Assembly (NCBI GenBank): GCA_964019335.1
Contig: OZ025749.1
Location: 186,001 to 250,000, forward strand
DNA: 64,000 nt
Origin: Diplonema japonicum
Taxonomy: Eukaryota > Protista > Euglenozoa: Diplonemea
Reading direction: 5' to 3'
The position numbers and the translations under genes are program-made. The notes beneath the pieces are model-generated. The model did not search any database. It saw only the letters and a list, made by a program, of their open reading frames with translations, and was not told where the DNA came from. Shown piece after piece: positions 52,498-64,000 of the stretch. Positions within the stretch are counted from its first letter, which is position 1. Each line of letters opens with the position of its first letter.

Positions 52498-53393
52498 TTT
52501 TCATTATCACCCCCCTCCTTCCCCTCCCCTCCGATCGTTCGCTCGTTTTTCTTCTTTCAAAAAATCGCTTAAGAAAGTCCCCTACCCTTCATTTATTGCT
52601 CTTGTTCATGATGCAAGGTTCATGCTTCCCCCTTGGGGATGAACTTTCATTAACTGAGACAAAATGACAGGGTTTCTTTCTTATCTTCTTCTTCTTCTTT
52701 TTTTTTTTTAAATTATTATTCCCGATAAAATCCTTTTTTTTTTTAAACCCGAACATAATAGGGGTTCCCCCCACCCCCAACCCCCTACACAATTATGATG
52801 ATCGAAACGCTCCGTGATGTTAGCACACGGATCGGGGTGAGACGGTGGGAAGAACATGTAAACCGGGACTTGAACCGGGTTAAAAGAACAACGTAACCGA
52901 TTCTGAGCAGAGAGGATAACGAAACGGGCGATCAGACAGTTCAAAGAAGAACAGCACGGCCACCACCACAGGTCCCACGCCTGTTCTACCTTGCACTAAA
53001 CGAGCTTGAAATGATGGAGGCGCGCAGGAAAGGGTTTGAAACGGTCGCACCTACTGATAGTGAAAAGAGTGAAGTCCCTCATCGCTCGCCATAGGAAAGG
53101 TACCCATTTTCACCACCCTCTCCGCGCACAAGCTGATGGGAACTGAAAACTGCTCGCAAGCGAGAACGCATCACTCAGCTGCGCTAGACGCTCACGGCCT
53201 CGATCGGGGCGAAAGCAATGCTCCGAGAAGGGCCCATTGCGCGGCCCTCTTTACAGGGGGCTTGTCCTGTACTTTGAGTTTCTTCTTCTTTTTTCTTCTT
53301 CTTCTCGCACCCCCTTTTCTCGCACCACAAACCAGCAAAAACCAGGTTATCCCCCTTTTTTTTTAAAAAAAAAAAACCACTTCCCAAACACAA

Positions 53394-55043
53394 ATGTGGC
53401 GTGCAGCATGCTCTGTGGCCCTTGTCGGGCTGCTTGCGGTGCCTTCAGCGGCGCACCTGACTGTGGTGTGCACGGCGACGTCGCCGCAGCAACCAAACTC
53501 ATTCGCCTTCTGGTTCATGACCTACGACCACAGCCCTGATGTGGACAAGGCACCTGGGATGGTGTACATCAAGGACCCCAGTGCGAACGTGGTGCAGGCG
53601 GAGTTCTCGAACTTCTGCAAACCAGGGTCGGGGCTGCCGAAGGGAGGGGCAACGGTGGACGTGTTCGAAAACCTTTTGAAAACGCACTGCCTGGGACTGT
53701 CTGACCCGAGCGGGAGGGTCCCCATCTTCTCGGACAGCCAGCTGACCTGCTACAACCCAGACACGAACAACCCTATCCCCCACTACGCCCTGGGGGTGAC
53801 GGGGAGCACCGCCGTCGACACCCCTTACCACACGAGCGTCATGACAGACTACTACTTCGTGGTGGTGGAGAACACGAACGGGGACGTGTTGAAGTCGGGG
53901 AGCTACGTGACTTGGTTCACAGGGACGGACCAGAACATGGACCCCTGCAGCACGGACTACCCCTGCTCCCTCGCCTCGCAGGCCTGGACCTTCGACATCT
54001 CTGTGATCAACGGGGGCCCGAGGTGCAAGACGGCTCCCCCCTCTTCCCTGACGGCCAACGTGGTCCCCGCGACGCTCAGCCAGTGCGACGGGTCGGTGCT
54101 CTCCATCTTCGTGGGGGAGGTGTGCCAGGCGCAGTGCGAGGCTGGCTACTCGAAGGCCGGGGTGCTGGAGTGCGTGGACAACGGGGACGGGACGGGGTCC
54201 TGGAGCAGCGGCTTCGCCTGCACGAACGACGTTGTGTGCGAGGTACCGTCGGCGGCGAACCAGAACAACCACCTCATCAGCCCGGACATCAAGGGAGTGC
54301 TTCCCCCGTGCGGGGCGCTCACCCCCGCGGACACGAGCTGCCCGTACACCTGCAACGGGTTCGGACACCAGACAGGTCCCGGGAAGATCAGGTGCACCAA
54401 CGTGAACGGGAAGGGGGTGTGGAAGGCGGACGTGGCTGCGGGAGGGTACGACGGATGCGCTTGGACGGTCGCCCCGCCCCCTACCCCGCAGCCCACCAAT
54501 GTTCCGTGCAATGACGGGGTGGAGGTGGTGGTGGGGGCAGGACCTTCTTCTGCTGTCCTTCTCGGGACCCCTTTGGACGGGGAGGACCGCTTCGAAGGCA
54601 GTGGGGTGAGGCTCACCAGGATCCCTTCGAGCTTTCAACAGATGAGGCTGCACGTCCCCGCCCTCCCTGTGGCCGAGGGGACCTCGATGGAGCTGAAGTG
54701 CTGTGGAACGGAGGTGTGCGAGTTCGTGGTGTCCCACTACCACTGTCCTCCTTGCTCTAGAACGGTGAACGGGGGCTTCCCCTCCCTCCTTCCCCTCTCT
54801 GGTTTTACGTCCGCCTCCTGCGCACCTCGGTACGGCACCACAGAGCAGAGGATGGTCTCCTACAGGATCCAGGTGCAGCCGGGGGAGTCCGTTGAGGTCC
54901 CCAAGACCACCACAGAGGCCTCCTCTTTCGTCGTCTTCAGCCAGACTGGGGCCCTTCCCAGTGATTGGTGTCCTGCTCTGGAGAACAGGGGTTGTGGAGG
55001 ACCCTGTCCCGTCACCGTTTGCTCTTGCCACACTACCTTGTGA
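53394..55043 (+). CDS. Secreted Cys-rich protein, copy 5
   Basis: Identical translation. Confidence 0.8.
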   Translation: MWRAACSVALVGLLAVPSAAHLTVVCTATSPQQPNSFAFWFMTYDHSPDVDKAPGMVYIKDPSANVVQAEFSNFCKPGSGLPKGGATVDVFENLLKTHCLGLSDPSGRVPIFSDSQLTCYNPDTNNPIPHYALGVTGSTAVDTPYHTSVMTDYYFVVVENTNGDVLKSGSYVTWFTGTDQNMDPCSTDYPCSLASQAWTFDISVINGGPRCKTAPPSSLTANVVPATLSQCDGSVLSIFVGEVCQAQCEAGYSKAGVLECVDNGDGTGSWSSGFACTNDVVCEVPSAANQNNHLISPDIKGVLPPCGALTPADTSCPYTCNGFGHQTGPGKIRCTNVNGKGVWKADVAAGGYDGCAWTVAPPPTPQPTNVPCNDGVEVVVGAGPSSAVLLGTPLDGEDRFEGSGVRLTRIPSSFQQMRLHVPALPVAEGTSMELKCCGTEVCEFVVSHYHCPPCSRTVNGGFPSLLPLSGFTSASCAPRYGTTEQRMVSYRIQVQPGESVEVPKTTTEASSFVVFSQTGALPSDWCPALENRGCGGPCPVTVCSCHTTL

Positions 55044-55678
55044 TGATGATGATGATGATGTGCGAGAAAAATAGTTGATTCCTTTTTCTTTTTTCTTCTT
55101 CTTTTTTTCTTTTACAAATCTTTTGTCTTTTAAAAAAATGATCATTTATTAACTATATGCAACTTGTGCCGAGCAAGAAATCTTAGCAGCTATTTGAAAC
55201 CTTTTTTTTTGCTCGTGAGATGGCAAATAGTCTAAATAATTGTTTTTTCACCCATGTTTTTACCTTTTACCTACCCGGTAGGTAATACCTTTTTTTTCAC
55301 CCCTCCCCTCCCCCTTCTTCGCTCTCTTTTTAATTTTAGAAAAAGAAGATAAGAATCGTATTTCTAAAGAAGAAAAACAAATGAAAGTCGAAGTGAAAAA
55401 GGAAAAAAAAAAGAACAAACATCCTTTTATTTGTCTCTTTTTTTATTTCTTTTTCGTTCCTTCCTTTCGTTTCTTCTTCTTCTTCTTCTTCTTTTTCTCT
55501 CTCCCTTTTCATCTTCTCATTTCCATAATTTAATCAATTCAACCCCCTTCCTCCCCTTCCCCCCAGGGTTCCCCCCCCCCCCCCCCCCATTCGGCAACAG
55601 AGAAGGCTTTTGATATAAAATAAATAAGATAAAGGGTCCCGTCTCTCGTTTTTGAAATATGGGGGAAAATGAAAAAAG

Positions 55679-55709
<31 letters not shown>

Positions 55710-56008
55710 TTTTCATTATCACCCCCCTCCTTCCCCTCCCCTCCGATCGTTCGCTCGTTTTTCTTCTTTCAAAAAATCGCTTAAGAAAGTCCCCTACCCT
55801 TCATTTATTGCTCTTGTTCATGATGCAAGGTTCATGCTTCCCCCTTGGGGATGATAACTTTCATTAACTGAGACAAAATGACAGGGTTTCTTTCTTATCT
55901 TTTTCTTCTTCTTTTTTTTTTTTAAATTATTATTCCCGATAAGATCCTTTTTTTTTTTTTAAAAAAAACCCGAACATAATAGGGGTTCCCCAGCCCCACT
56001 ACACAACT

Positions 56009-56791
56009 ATGATGAGGCATTCACGGCCACCTTCGGCGAATGGCCTCGCGACATCCCCTGCTAGCCCAGCGTCGGAGGAACCGACAGTACCCTTAACGGA
56101 AGGGGAGTTTTATTTTGACGACGAAGGAGACGAGGGGAGAACGATGAAAAAAAAAAGAGGACTGCTGAAAAGGCTGCCCAGAAGGGTCGTCCCGCTCTTC
56201 TACTCCGGCGCACATCTTGCAATGTTTGTCCTGATCGTCACCACGAACCGTGTCATCGAGCCGTCGCAGCTGCTTACAGACAAAACAGGCTCTACCATGA
56301 TGGTGCTGTTGTTTGCAACTGCATTAACATACCTGTACCTCCTTTACTCTGATCCAGGGCATATAAGATCAAAACGGGAGCACCAACGCGGCGACTCTGG
56401 TGTTGATGGTGCTGTAATCAATGATGCTTCTCTCGTACTCCCCAAGGGCACAACGAAACAACTGTGCAAAACCTGTTATACGACCCAGCCTCTTCGTGCC
56501 AAGCACTGCACTCTCTGCGACAGGTGTACCTACACATACGATCACCACTGCTGGTGGCTGAACTCTTGTATAGGCGGGCGGAACAAACCTGAGTTCTTGT
56601 TGTTTCTTTACCTGCAAACAATTCTGACGGCCGGGTCGCTGTCCGTTTCGATCGCTTCCATCCGCTTTTCCGTTTCACTCCGTGATGTTAGCATATGGAC
56701 GGTGGTTGTGTTGACCGGGTTTGTGTTGGTGTGGGTTGTTAAGTTGACGTTTTTGCATACAAAGCTCGTGTTGAGAAATCAGGTGTGGAGG

Positions 56792-56824
<33 letters not shown>

Positions 56825-57017
56825 GAAAAAAAAAAAGTACAGACGTCACATGAGTATTTCCGACCGTCGCAGTGTGTGTATCTCAACCAGCTCGCTGTTG
56901 CGGCTGCACCGTGTTGCCAGAAGAAAATCTATTTTTTCAACAAGGGTGTTGCTAGCAATCTGATGACGTTCATGTTTAGGCGGCCGGTGCAATGGGAGTT
57001 CCTTGAGGTGTGTGGGG

Positions 57018-57058
<41 letters not shown>

Positions 57059-57141
57059 TGGAGATACCCCAACGGAAACGAAAGTGCTCAAAGAAGTGCC
57101 GCCATGAGTTTTTTGACATTGAAACAGGGATGACAACATAA
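56009..57141 (+). CDS. DHHC palmitoyltransferase; introns 56783-56842 and probably 57008-57057
   Basis: CKTC...PLRAKHCTLCDRC...YDHHCWWLNSCIG; splicing restores NQTSHE. Last exon is less certain. Confidence 0.88.
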
Positions 57142-57166
57142 TAAACGGTGGGGTTTTTTTGGCTGC

Positions 57167-57200
<34 letters not shown>

Positions 57201-57451
57201 CAGGTGGTGGGGATAACATGAAAATATAAGAAAAACATCAGATGTGTTGTTCGCTCACCTCCTCGTCGGTCATCACCGGTAGCGCCCGAGTGGAAGATCA
57301 TAAAGCAGATGCTCAGGGTGACGAACAGGCAGCAAACTGCACGAGCGCAGAATCTTGGTTACCCGGGACGCCCCGGCTGGGGTTGAGCTGCACACCGCAC
57401 GCATTAAGGACACGACGCGGAACGCAGAAGAAGCTACAACTCGGCCGCGGT

Positions 57452-57736
57452 GCGCCCCTGTAATCAAGTGACAGTTCTTGTGCAGGGCGCCGCCAACACC
57501 GGCCTCCTTTAACTCATATATATATATATATATATATTTTTTTTTTTTTTAAATGAGGTTCTGGTCAATTCTTTTTTTGGGGGGGAGTGGGGTAGGGAGA
57601 AACATTTAAGGAAAAAAACTAAAAAAGAAAATAGAATAACAGGCCGTTTTTATTATTGGGGGCGCGCCCCCTGTAATCAAGTAGACAGTTCTTGTGCAGG
57701 GCGCCGCCAACACCGGCCTCCTTTAACTCATATATA
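57452..57736 (+). repeat. Two direct copies of a ~73-bp hairpin-forming sequence (57452-57524 and 57664-57736)
   Basis: gcgcccctgtaatcaagt(a)gacagttcttgtgcagggcgc...aactcatatata occurs twice. Confidence 0.85.
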
Positions 57737-57879
57737 TTATTTTTTTTTATTTGTGAGAATGAGAAAAAGAAGGGGGGGGGGGGAGGGAAAGAAACTATTT
57801 CCTTTGGTTTTCTTCTTCCTGTTTGGTCTCATGTTTCCCTAAAAAAAGCCGGGGCAAAAAAAAAAAAAAAAAAAAAAAA

Positions 57880-59202
57880 ATGGGCGGCAAGAAAAACTCG
57901 CAGCCCGACCCCAAGATCCTGATTACCTGTCAAAAAGGTTGGCTGCAAACAACCAAACGAAACGGCAACACCGTGATTGCGAACCAAGGAGACATTGAAG
58001 AAGATAAAATACCGGTGGTGCTGAGAGCACAGGGGTGCCACATAAACGGGGGATACGAAAGCTTCAAAAGACGCGAAAAGGGAAGGGAACACATACAAGT
58101 CCCTTGGCACATGTCACAGGACACCATTTCAGGAACAACCTCCCAGTTAGACTGGGACTGGATATCAGCACATCTTTACAACGAGCCGAGACTCCGTTCC
58201 GCCGATTCACAGCAGTCGTCCCCACCAGCTCCTCGATGGTCTCACGTTCATAATGTTGCCTCGTTCAAAACCGCAAAAACCGTGCAGAATCTTCGTTCCC
58301 TCCGTTCCACAATCGCATGGTTCTCCCTCCTTGCCCTAGATGCCCTTCTCGCCTATTGCCTTCACACCTTGATGTCCTCTGTGGACAATTCCAGCCTCTC
58401 TGCGCTGTCAGACCAACGTCGATCCAGTGCGGAATCCATGCAATGGATAATGGGTTGGCCTGCAGGTTTCAAGGGCAACACACAGCTCAACAAATCTCTT
58501 GGAAAGGCAGGGATGTGGGTTCTAAGCTGGGAATGGATCGAAGACTGGGTGCACTATGCTGCATCGTGCTTAACCCACACTGGGGTACTAAACAACATTG
58601 GGGTCTGGATGGTGCTGGGCGGCACCGGTGTCGTTGGGATAGGCTGCGACATTGCCACTGTACTCTCCATGCCCTTCATCGTGGGGTTTTTAGGATACGG
58701 CTTGGTGTTCAACACGGTCAAAGAAGTGCTTGTGCAGCTTGCCGGGATGATGCGTGGGAAGAAGTTCAACCCTTTGCGCAAGAAGCTCGACTGCGCGCCC
58801 TTTGATTCTCACCAGAAGCTCATGTGCACCGTTCTCTTCACTCTCGTTGTCTTTCTCTTCCCTACCATCGCTGTCTACTACCTGTTCTTCTCGTTCTCCT
58901 ACCTCGCGCTCCGTGCTTGCCAAGAGCTTCTCACGTTTCTCTCCCACCTGCTCCTCACGCTGCCTATCCTAGCGGTCCTTCTGCACCCGTTTTCGCCTCC
59001 TCTCGACCGGTCTTGGACTGTCTCCCTTCAGAGCGTCACCTCTGAGCAGACCGTCTTGAAGCTGACGAGGAAGCCGCTTCCTATCGGAGACATTTTCGAG
59101 GAGTGCGGCGACATGTGTAAGCATTGGATCACACAGGGGCCCTTGAGAACATTGAAAGCTTCTTTGAGCAACGGACACCTTGCCCAGGTGACAGGGTGGT
59201 GA
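57880..59202 (+). CDS. GPI1: GPI-GlcNAc transferase subunit PIG-Q/GPI1
   Basis: WIMGWPAGFKGN, RGKKFNPLR..LD, LFTLVVFLFPT. Confidence 0.85.
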   Translation: MGGKKNSQPDPKILITCQKGWLQTTKRNGNTVIANQGDIEEDKIPVVLRAQGCHINGGYESFKRREKGREHIQVPWHMSQDTISGTTSQLDWDWISAHLYNEPRLRSADSQQSSPPAPRWSHVHNVASFKTAKTVQNLRSLRSTIAWFSLLALDALLAYCLHTLMSSVDNSSLSALSDQRRSSAESMQWIMGWPAGFKGNTQLNKSLGKAGMWVLSWEWIEDWVHYAASCLTHTGVLNNIGVWMVLGGTGVVGIGCDIATVLSMPFIVGFLGYGLVFNTVKEVLVQLAGMMRGKKFNPLRKKLDCAPFDSHQKLMCTVLFTLVVFLFPTIAVYYLFFSFSYLALRACQELLTFLSHLLLTLPILAVLLHPFSPPLDRSWTVSLQSVTSEQTVLKLTRKPLPIGDIFEECGDMCKHWITQGPLRTLKASLSNGHLAQVTGW

Positions 59203-59376
59203 GTCTCCTTTCCCCCTCTCCCCCCCTTTTCCCCCCCCTCACACTGTTGCTAGGCGCGGTTATATAAAAAAACAAAAAAAAAAAAACTAAAAGTAAAGGA
59301 AGGGGAGCAGGGGGAAGGCGCCCGGATTCTTGTAGGGAGGAAACAAGAAAGCAAAAAAGAAAAAAGAAAAAGGAAA

Positions 59377-61992
59377 ATGGGTGCGACCCAGGGTCGGCCT
59401 TCCGATGGGAGGCGGGAAAAAACAGAGAGCAGGAGGAAAAACCACTTCAACACCTGCAGCGTCTTCACGGGACATCAGGAAATTGTAAGATGCCTGGTGG
59501 CGATTGACACCGCGACAGTGGCGTCGGGAAGCGACGACGGGCGGATCATCGTGTGGGACATCGTGAAGCGGGTCCCGAAGCTGACCATGAACACCGTGAT
59601 GATGGACATGGGCGACAGCGACAGCGACGGGGACAACCTCAGCGACGCGCTGCTGTACCGCCCCTCGCGGCGGGCTGTCAAGAAGCTTCTCCCCCTCACC
59701 GAGTTGAACGTTCTCGCAAGCTGCAGCACGAACGACAACCGCGTCATCCTATGGTCCCTCATCACCGGCGACATTCTCGGCCACTTGAAGGGGCACCACA
59801 CAGGCCCTGTAACATGCATCTCACCGATTCCAGGCTCCTCGCATCTCCTCGCAACGGCTGGCGCAGATACACTTATCTGCCTATGGACCGCGTCTCCCGC
59901 TGCAAACTCCATCCACGTCCCGCAAGGCGAAGAGGCCGTTAGGGGGGTGAACTACCGCCACCCCTCACCGGTGGAGGTTGCTTCCTTCATGGGAAGTACC
60001 AAGCGTATCGACACCACCGCCAAGTGGGCCTCCGCTCGAGACGTACAGTTCCTCATCGCACTTGACTCTACCACCGTCATCACCGTCGCCACGAACAGTT
60101 CCAAGCTGTACTGCTACATACTCCCCATTGGGAAGATGCCCAAGGCGGAGATGGTGCACGACCACCCGCATGACAAGGAAGCCGTCATCACACAGCTCAT
60201 CGGCAACCCCGAGCGGAGCGAGTTCATCACGGGCGACGACAAGGGCAAGATCGTCACGTGGTCTGCGAAGACACAGAGCCCGACCCGTACATTCACCATG
60301 TCCAAGATCTTCAAGGGGCTTGTCAAAAACCTTTCGAAAGAGGATCTGTGCGTCCGGTCGATCTCTATCAACAACAAGCACAACTCCATCGCTGTTGCTG
60401 CGGGGGTGATGCTGTCCATCCTGCCGCTGCCCGACCAGCTGACAGATGATGGGAAGAAACAAAAGGCCGACACGGCAGACGCACTGTGCAAATCGCCGAT
60501 GGCCCACCGTGTCCCCATCACACAAGTAGAGTGGCTGCCTGCCTCAGACGGGCAGTACCTCATCACATCCTCAGAGGATGTAGACGATTGCACCATCAAG
60601 GTGTGGGACACCTTCACGAAAGATCACAGACGAGCGGTGGTCAGAGAAGCTTCAAAGCTAACCACCCATTCGAATCCCAAGCACCTTGACACAAGCCGTG
60701 TAAGGTCAAACAGCAATGCAACCGTGGCCAAAAGGTCCCCAGCATCAACACCCGGCGGTCTCTTCAGATCGTTTCTGTTCAGCAGCAGCAGGTCGAAGAG
60801 AACGGAGTCGAGCGGCGACACTTCTGTCGGAGGAGACACACCGAGACATAGTGAAGCTTCGGTTCCCATCTCACTACATGCTGCCCCTAGTCAAGCATAC
60901 CGACCCTTCCGCCCTTTACTGGACCCCAATAAGGATGTTGTCAATGAGCTGGACGCGCACACCGACCGCGTTACGAACATCGCAACGATCCCCACTACAG
61001 GGATGGGGTTCATGTCGTCTTCCAATGACAAGACAGTTGTGTTCTGGACTGTGGGCGCGTACTTTGACGCAAGGGCAATGGAGGCAGCGAGGATGCAACG
61101 GCAGCAAGACATCCCAGGCGGTGACTGGCCTACATGGGATAATGCTTACAAGTGGAAAATGTCATGCGATGCGGACTGTGAGTGGTTGTCCCGCGGCTGC
61201 GAGCTGGAGCTTCGTAACAGAATACGCATAGTGGGCCTGTCCGAAGAGGCTCGCAGCATCCCCGCTCCAGGGAAACTGAACCGAATCCCGACCACGCTCA
61301 GCTTGCTTGGCAGCCTCACAGACATCAGCCCTCTTTATCAAAACGCATCGCCCGACCCTTCAGCATCGATCCCATCGCCGGCTGACTCGTTGTTGCCGTC
61401 CAGGATTCTAAAGATGGGTTCTGGAAGTGGGACAAACAGTCAGGACAAGGATTCAAGGTCGATACCCGGTAGCCCTTCAGTTCTAGGGATCTCTGGGCAG
61501 AACAACCAGCAGAGGTCGTCTGGTACGACCATCGAGCAGGAAGGCTCCTCGGGGGGTGACTCGCAGAGGCAGTCGCAGTCGGCAGACATTCTTGCTCAGT
61601 GGACCGCAGGGATCCACGACGGTGGCAAAGGCTCGCGGGGAAGCGCGACCCGGTGGCTACATGCGGATGCACCCAAGAGGCAGACCAGCATAGCCGCCGA
61701 CCACAGTTCGAGGAACAGTACCGGGCTGGGAGGGATTCTTCCACCGTCTAGCGATGGGCCGGTGCGAAAAGGCATGGTATGTTGGCGTTCCTTTTTTTTT
61801 TTTTTTTTTTTGTATCTTTTTTCAGATGTCGCAAGACAGCCCCCCCCCTGCGGACAGGCGCAGCAGTGGTGCCCCGCGTATAGACGACTACTTCTCGTAT
61901 GTTTGTTGGAGGGAGAAAAAAAAAAATGCAGTAGCATCCCCGACGAACCTGGGAGTACACTTGCGCTCAGCCCTTTGCAAGAAATGGACTAG
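59377..61992 (+). CDS. WD40-repeat protein with a WDR41-like N-terminus; introns 61777-61825 and 61897-61931
   Basis: GHQEIVRCLVAID...ASGSDDG..VWD and further repeats; both GT-AG introns keep the frame to the stop at 61992. Confidence 0.7.
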   Translation: MGATQGRPSDGRREKTESRRKNHFNTCSVFTGHQEIVRCLVAIDTATVASGSDDGRIIVWDIVKRVPKLTMNTVMMDMGDSDSDGDNLSDALLYRPSRRAVKKLLPLTELNVLASCSTNDNRVILWSLITGDILGHLKGHHTGPVTCISPIPGSSHLLATAGADTLICLWTASPAANSIHVPQGEEAVRGVNYRHPSPVEVASFMGSTKRIDTTAKWASARDVQFLIALDSTTVITVATNSSKLYCYILPIGKMPKAEMVHDHPHDKEAVITQLIGNPERSEFITGDDKGKIVTWSAKTQSPTRTFTMSKIFKGLVKNLSKEDLCVRSISINNKHNSIAVAAGVMLSILPLPDQLTDDGKKQKADTADALCKSPMAHRVPITQVEWLPASDGQYLITSSEDVDDCTIKVWDTFTKDHRRAVVREASKLTTHSNPKHLDTSRVRSNSNATVAKRSPASTPGGLFRSFLFSSSRSKRTESSGDTSVGGDTPRHSEASVPISLHAAPSQAYRPFRPLLDPNKDVVNELDAHTDRVTNIATIPTTGMGFMSSSNDKTVVFWTVGAYFDARAMEAARMQRQQDIPGGDWPTWDNAYKWKMSCDADCEWLSRGCELELRNRIRIVGLSEEARSIPAPGKLNRIPTTLSLLGSLTDISPLYQNASPDPSASIPSPADSLLPSRILKMGSGSGTNSQDKDSRSIPGSPSVLGISGQNNQQRSSGTTIEQEGSSGGDSQRQSQSADILAQWTAGIHDGGKGSRGSATRWLHADAPKRQTSIAADHSSRNSTGLGGILPPSSDGPVRKGMVCWRSFFFFFFLYLFSDVARQPPPCGQAQQWCPAYRRLLLVCLLEGEKKKCSSIPDEPGSTLALSPLQEMD

Positions 61993-62674
61993 CTTTTTGA
62001 TGGAGGGAACAAAAATGAATAAACTGACATGGGGTACGGAGAAGATGCTGGAAACAGGGAGGGGGGGAAAAAAAGAATAAGGAGGTCGTAGCGAATTTAG
62101 CAGGGGAATGAAAAAAAAAGTTTAATTATCTTTTTTCTTTTCTTTTTTTGGTTTTTGTTTCTCAAACGATCCCAGTCACATCTATCGCAGGATTTTTCTT
62201 AAAAGGTCATGCTTTTCTTCTTTTTTTTTGACGATAATCTTGTTTCGCTCAATTTTATTGTCCCCCCCCCCCCCCCCCCCCTCCACTTCTACGTACCATT
62301 GGTCCCCCCCCTTTTTTTCCTTTATGAGCCTTATTAGCTATTTATCCATCCTCTTTCCCCCCTGTCGCCTCTTTCTTCTTCATTGTGAAAAGGGATCGTG
62401 TTATAAAGAAGAGAAAAAAAAAAAAAAAAACGAAGGGGAAAAACAAAAAATGAAAATGACTTTTTTTTTTTAAGAAACCCCCTCTCATATCCCCTATTTT
62501 TTTTTTTTTTCATCCCCTTAATGTGATACTCCGTGGGTGCCAGGGAAGAGAAAAAAAAAAGAAAAAAAAAAAGCAACGTGTGAAAGAAAAAAAAATTGAA
62601 ATTTTATGTTAGTTCTTTATTTATTATTATTTTTTTTTTTTCGTCCTCCAAAAAAAAGGGGGGGGGCAAAAAAA

Positions 62675-63592
62675 ATGAGCGGAGAGCTAGATGAATACGG
62701 ATGGGAGTCACGGCATTGCCCTGTGAACCCGTTCAAGGAAGGGTTGAAGGAAAACTGGCCGGACATGGACGAAGCCTTTTCATTCAGTAAGGGTGACGAG
62801 GACGACGATGGGGAAAGGTTCGGGGAGGTGGGCACCGAGCCCGACGTCAACACCTCCATGGCGATGAGCTACGAGGAGGCACAACACGACAGCAGCCACA
62901 CAGAGATGACAACCCCTACCAAGCAGATCCACACCGTACATGTGTCGAGACAGACCATGGCAACACCGACTGCTTCACCCATACCGCGTAACGCAACCCC
63001 ATTCAACAGCCCCTACGTCCTCCATCGGGGGGCTTTGGATGACCCCGGTGAACATGAACCGGCGAACCTCAACCCCCATCTTGCCCTCCCCGACGAGATT
63101 GATTCCCTTTTTGAGAGAAAAGACGCTTTATTTGAACTTTTCGGGCAGTTTTGCAGCGTTTTAGTCGGGTTGAAAAAGGGGGGTACTCTTGACAAGAATG
63201 GTATAGAAACAGCTTTAAACGCCTTGCAGGGAACAGCAGCAAAGCAGCCTGTAGAGCGAACCACCAAAGCTACGCAGGCCACTCTAATGCATAGTGTTGC
63301 GACGCAGTGCAGCGACACGCAGGTGCAGCCTGGTGTGGCATCTTTTGACGCGTCTAATTGTTTTTTGAAGGACCCCTCGCAGCCCGAGCCTCTCGATGAT
63401 GTGCTTGAGTGGGCGAAGGCACGCCGGGCGCGGGGGCACCCGCGGTTCATCTCCTCCCCGCAGCCCTGCGCCTACTCCTCTACAACAGTTTTCCCGTCTC
63501 TCGCCTCTCCCGTGTCGAAGGTGTCGGCCTCCCCTTACGGGCTGATGCGTGCAAGATACATGGCCATGCTCGACTCCCCAGTTGCACGTTAG
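62675..63592 (+). CDS. Hypothetical protein
   Basis: Long ORF with coding-like composition; ATG follows an A-run. Confidence 0.55.
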   Translation: MSGELDEYGWESRHCPVNPFKEGLKENWPDMDEAFSFSKGDEDDDGERFGEVGTEPDVNTSMAMSYEEAQHDSSHTEMTTPTKQIHTVHVSRQTMATPTASPIPRNATPFNSPYVLHRGALDDPGEHEPANLNPHLALPDEIDSLFERKDALFELFGQFCSVLVGLKKGGTLDKNGIETALNALQGTAAKQPVERTTKATQATLMHSVATQCSDTQVQPGVASFDASNCFLKDPSQPEPLDDVLEWAKARRARGHPRFISSPQPCAYSSTTVFPSLASPVSKVSASPYGLMRARYMAMLDSPVAR

Positions 63593-64000
63593 GGGGGGGG
63601 AAAGAAAAAAAAGTTTTTTTTTGTATTGTACTGTACCATTTTTTTTTGAGAAAACTGCTAACTTGACCCCCCCCCCCCCCCCCCCCCCCCTAGGGCTATG
63701 CTGGCATGGAAACGCGTTTCCATGCATTTTTTGAAAAAAAGGGAAACGGAAACGGAAACGTTTCCCTATTTTGGGGCCGTTTCCTTATTTTGGGGGTTTT
63801 AGAGACTTATTTTTTTTGGGGGCAAATCACTCGGAAGAAATATACGAGACAAAGGGGGCCAGTGTTGGTGGCGCCCTGGGGAAATCTTCTAGGTTTCGAT
63901 GAAGGATGCGATTGTGGCATCCATTTTTTGAACAGCGTCGTCAATCAGCCTTCCGCTCAGAGCTTTCCTGTCCGGTAGCTCGTACGTGGCCCCGAGCGGA

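Larger units (their letters stand above)
40457..56014 (+). repeat. Tandem array of ~3211-3212-bp units carrying 5 gene copies
   Basis: Identical ORFs spaced 3211/3211/3212/3212 bp; spacer differences are mostly in homopolymers. Confidence 0.95.

Overview
Eukaryotic genomic DNA, most likely from a diplonemid (Euglenozoa). Evidence: a 39-nt euglenozoan spliced-leader (SL) exon at 9370-9408, all genes on the + strand as in a polycistronic unit, tiny GT-AG introns and homopolymer-rich spacers. Host genes: UTP21, a C2HC zinc-finger protein, tRNA-Cys(GCA), tRNA-Pro(CGG), two ankyrin proteins, RNR1, an ART-NACHT-pentapeptide-WD40 NLR-like protein, an EF-hand protein, a tandem methyltransferase-like protein, a 5-copy 3.2-kb array of a secreted Cys-rich protein, a DHHC acyltransferase, PIG-Q/GPI1 and a WD40 protein. 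The main finding is a ~18.6-kb head-to-tail stack of non-LTR retrotransposons (~4485-23104) abutting the 5' end of tRNA-Cys. It holds two families with different ORF2s: family A (APE-RT-RNaseH, Ingi/I-like) and family B (2A-like-APE-RT, no RNase H seen). Three poly(A) tails are followed by CATG(G/A)GTA, which is tRNA position -3..+5. The two families appear to share an ORF1 core, a 3'UTR hairpin motif and a terminal motif. The full-length B copy starts with a complete SL, then a relic SL cut exactly at the SL's internal AG, then an anti-SL hairpin. This suggests the element's 5' end is made by SL trans-splicing over repeated cycles. B's ORF1 and ORF2 are in frame and separated only by one TGA, with a 2A-like motif shortly after. 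All domain and family calls come from reading motifs by eye; no searches were run.
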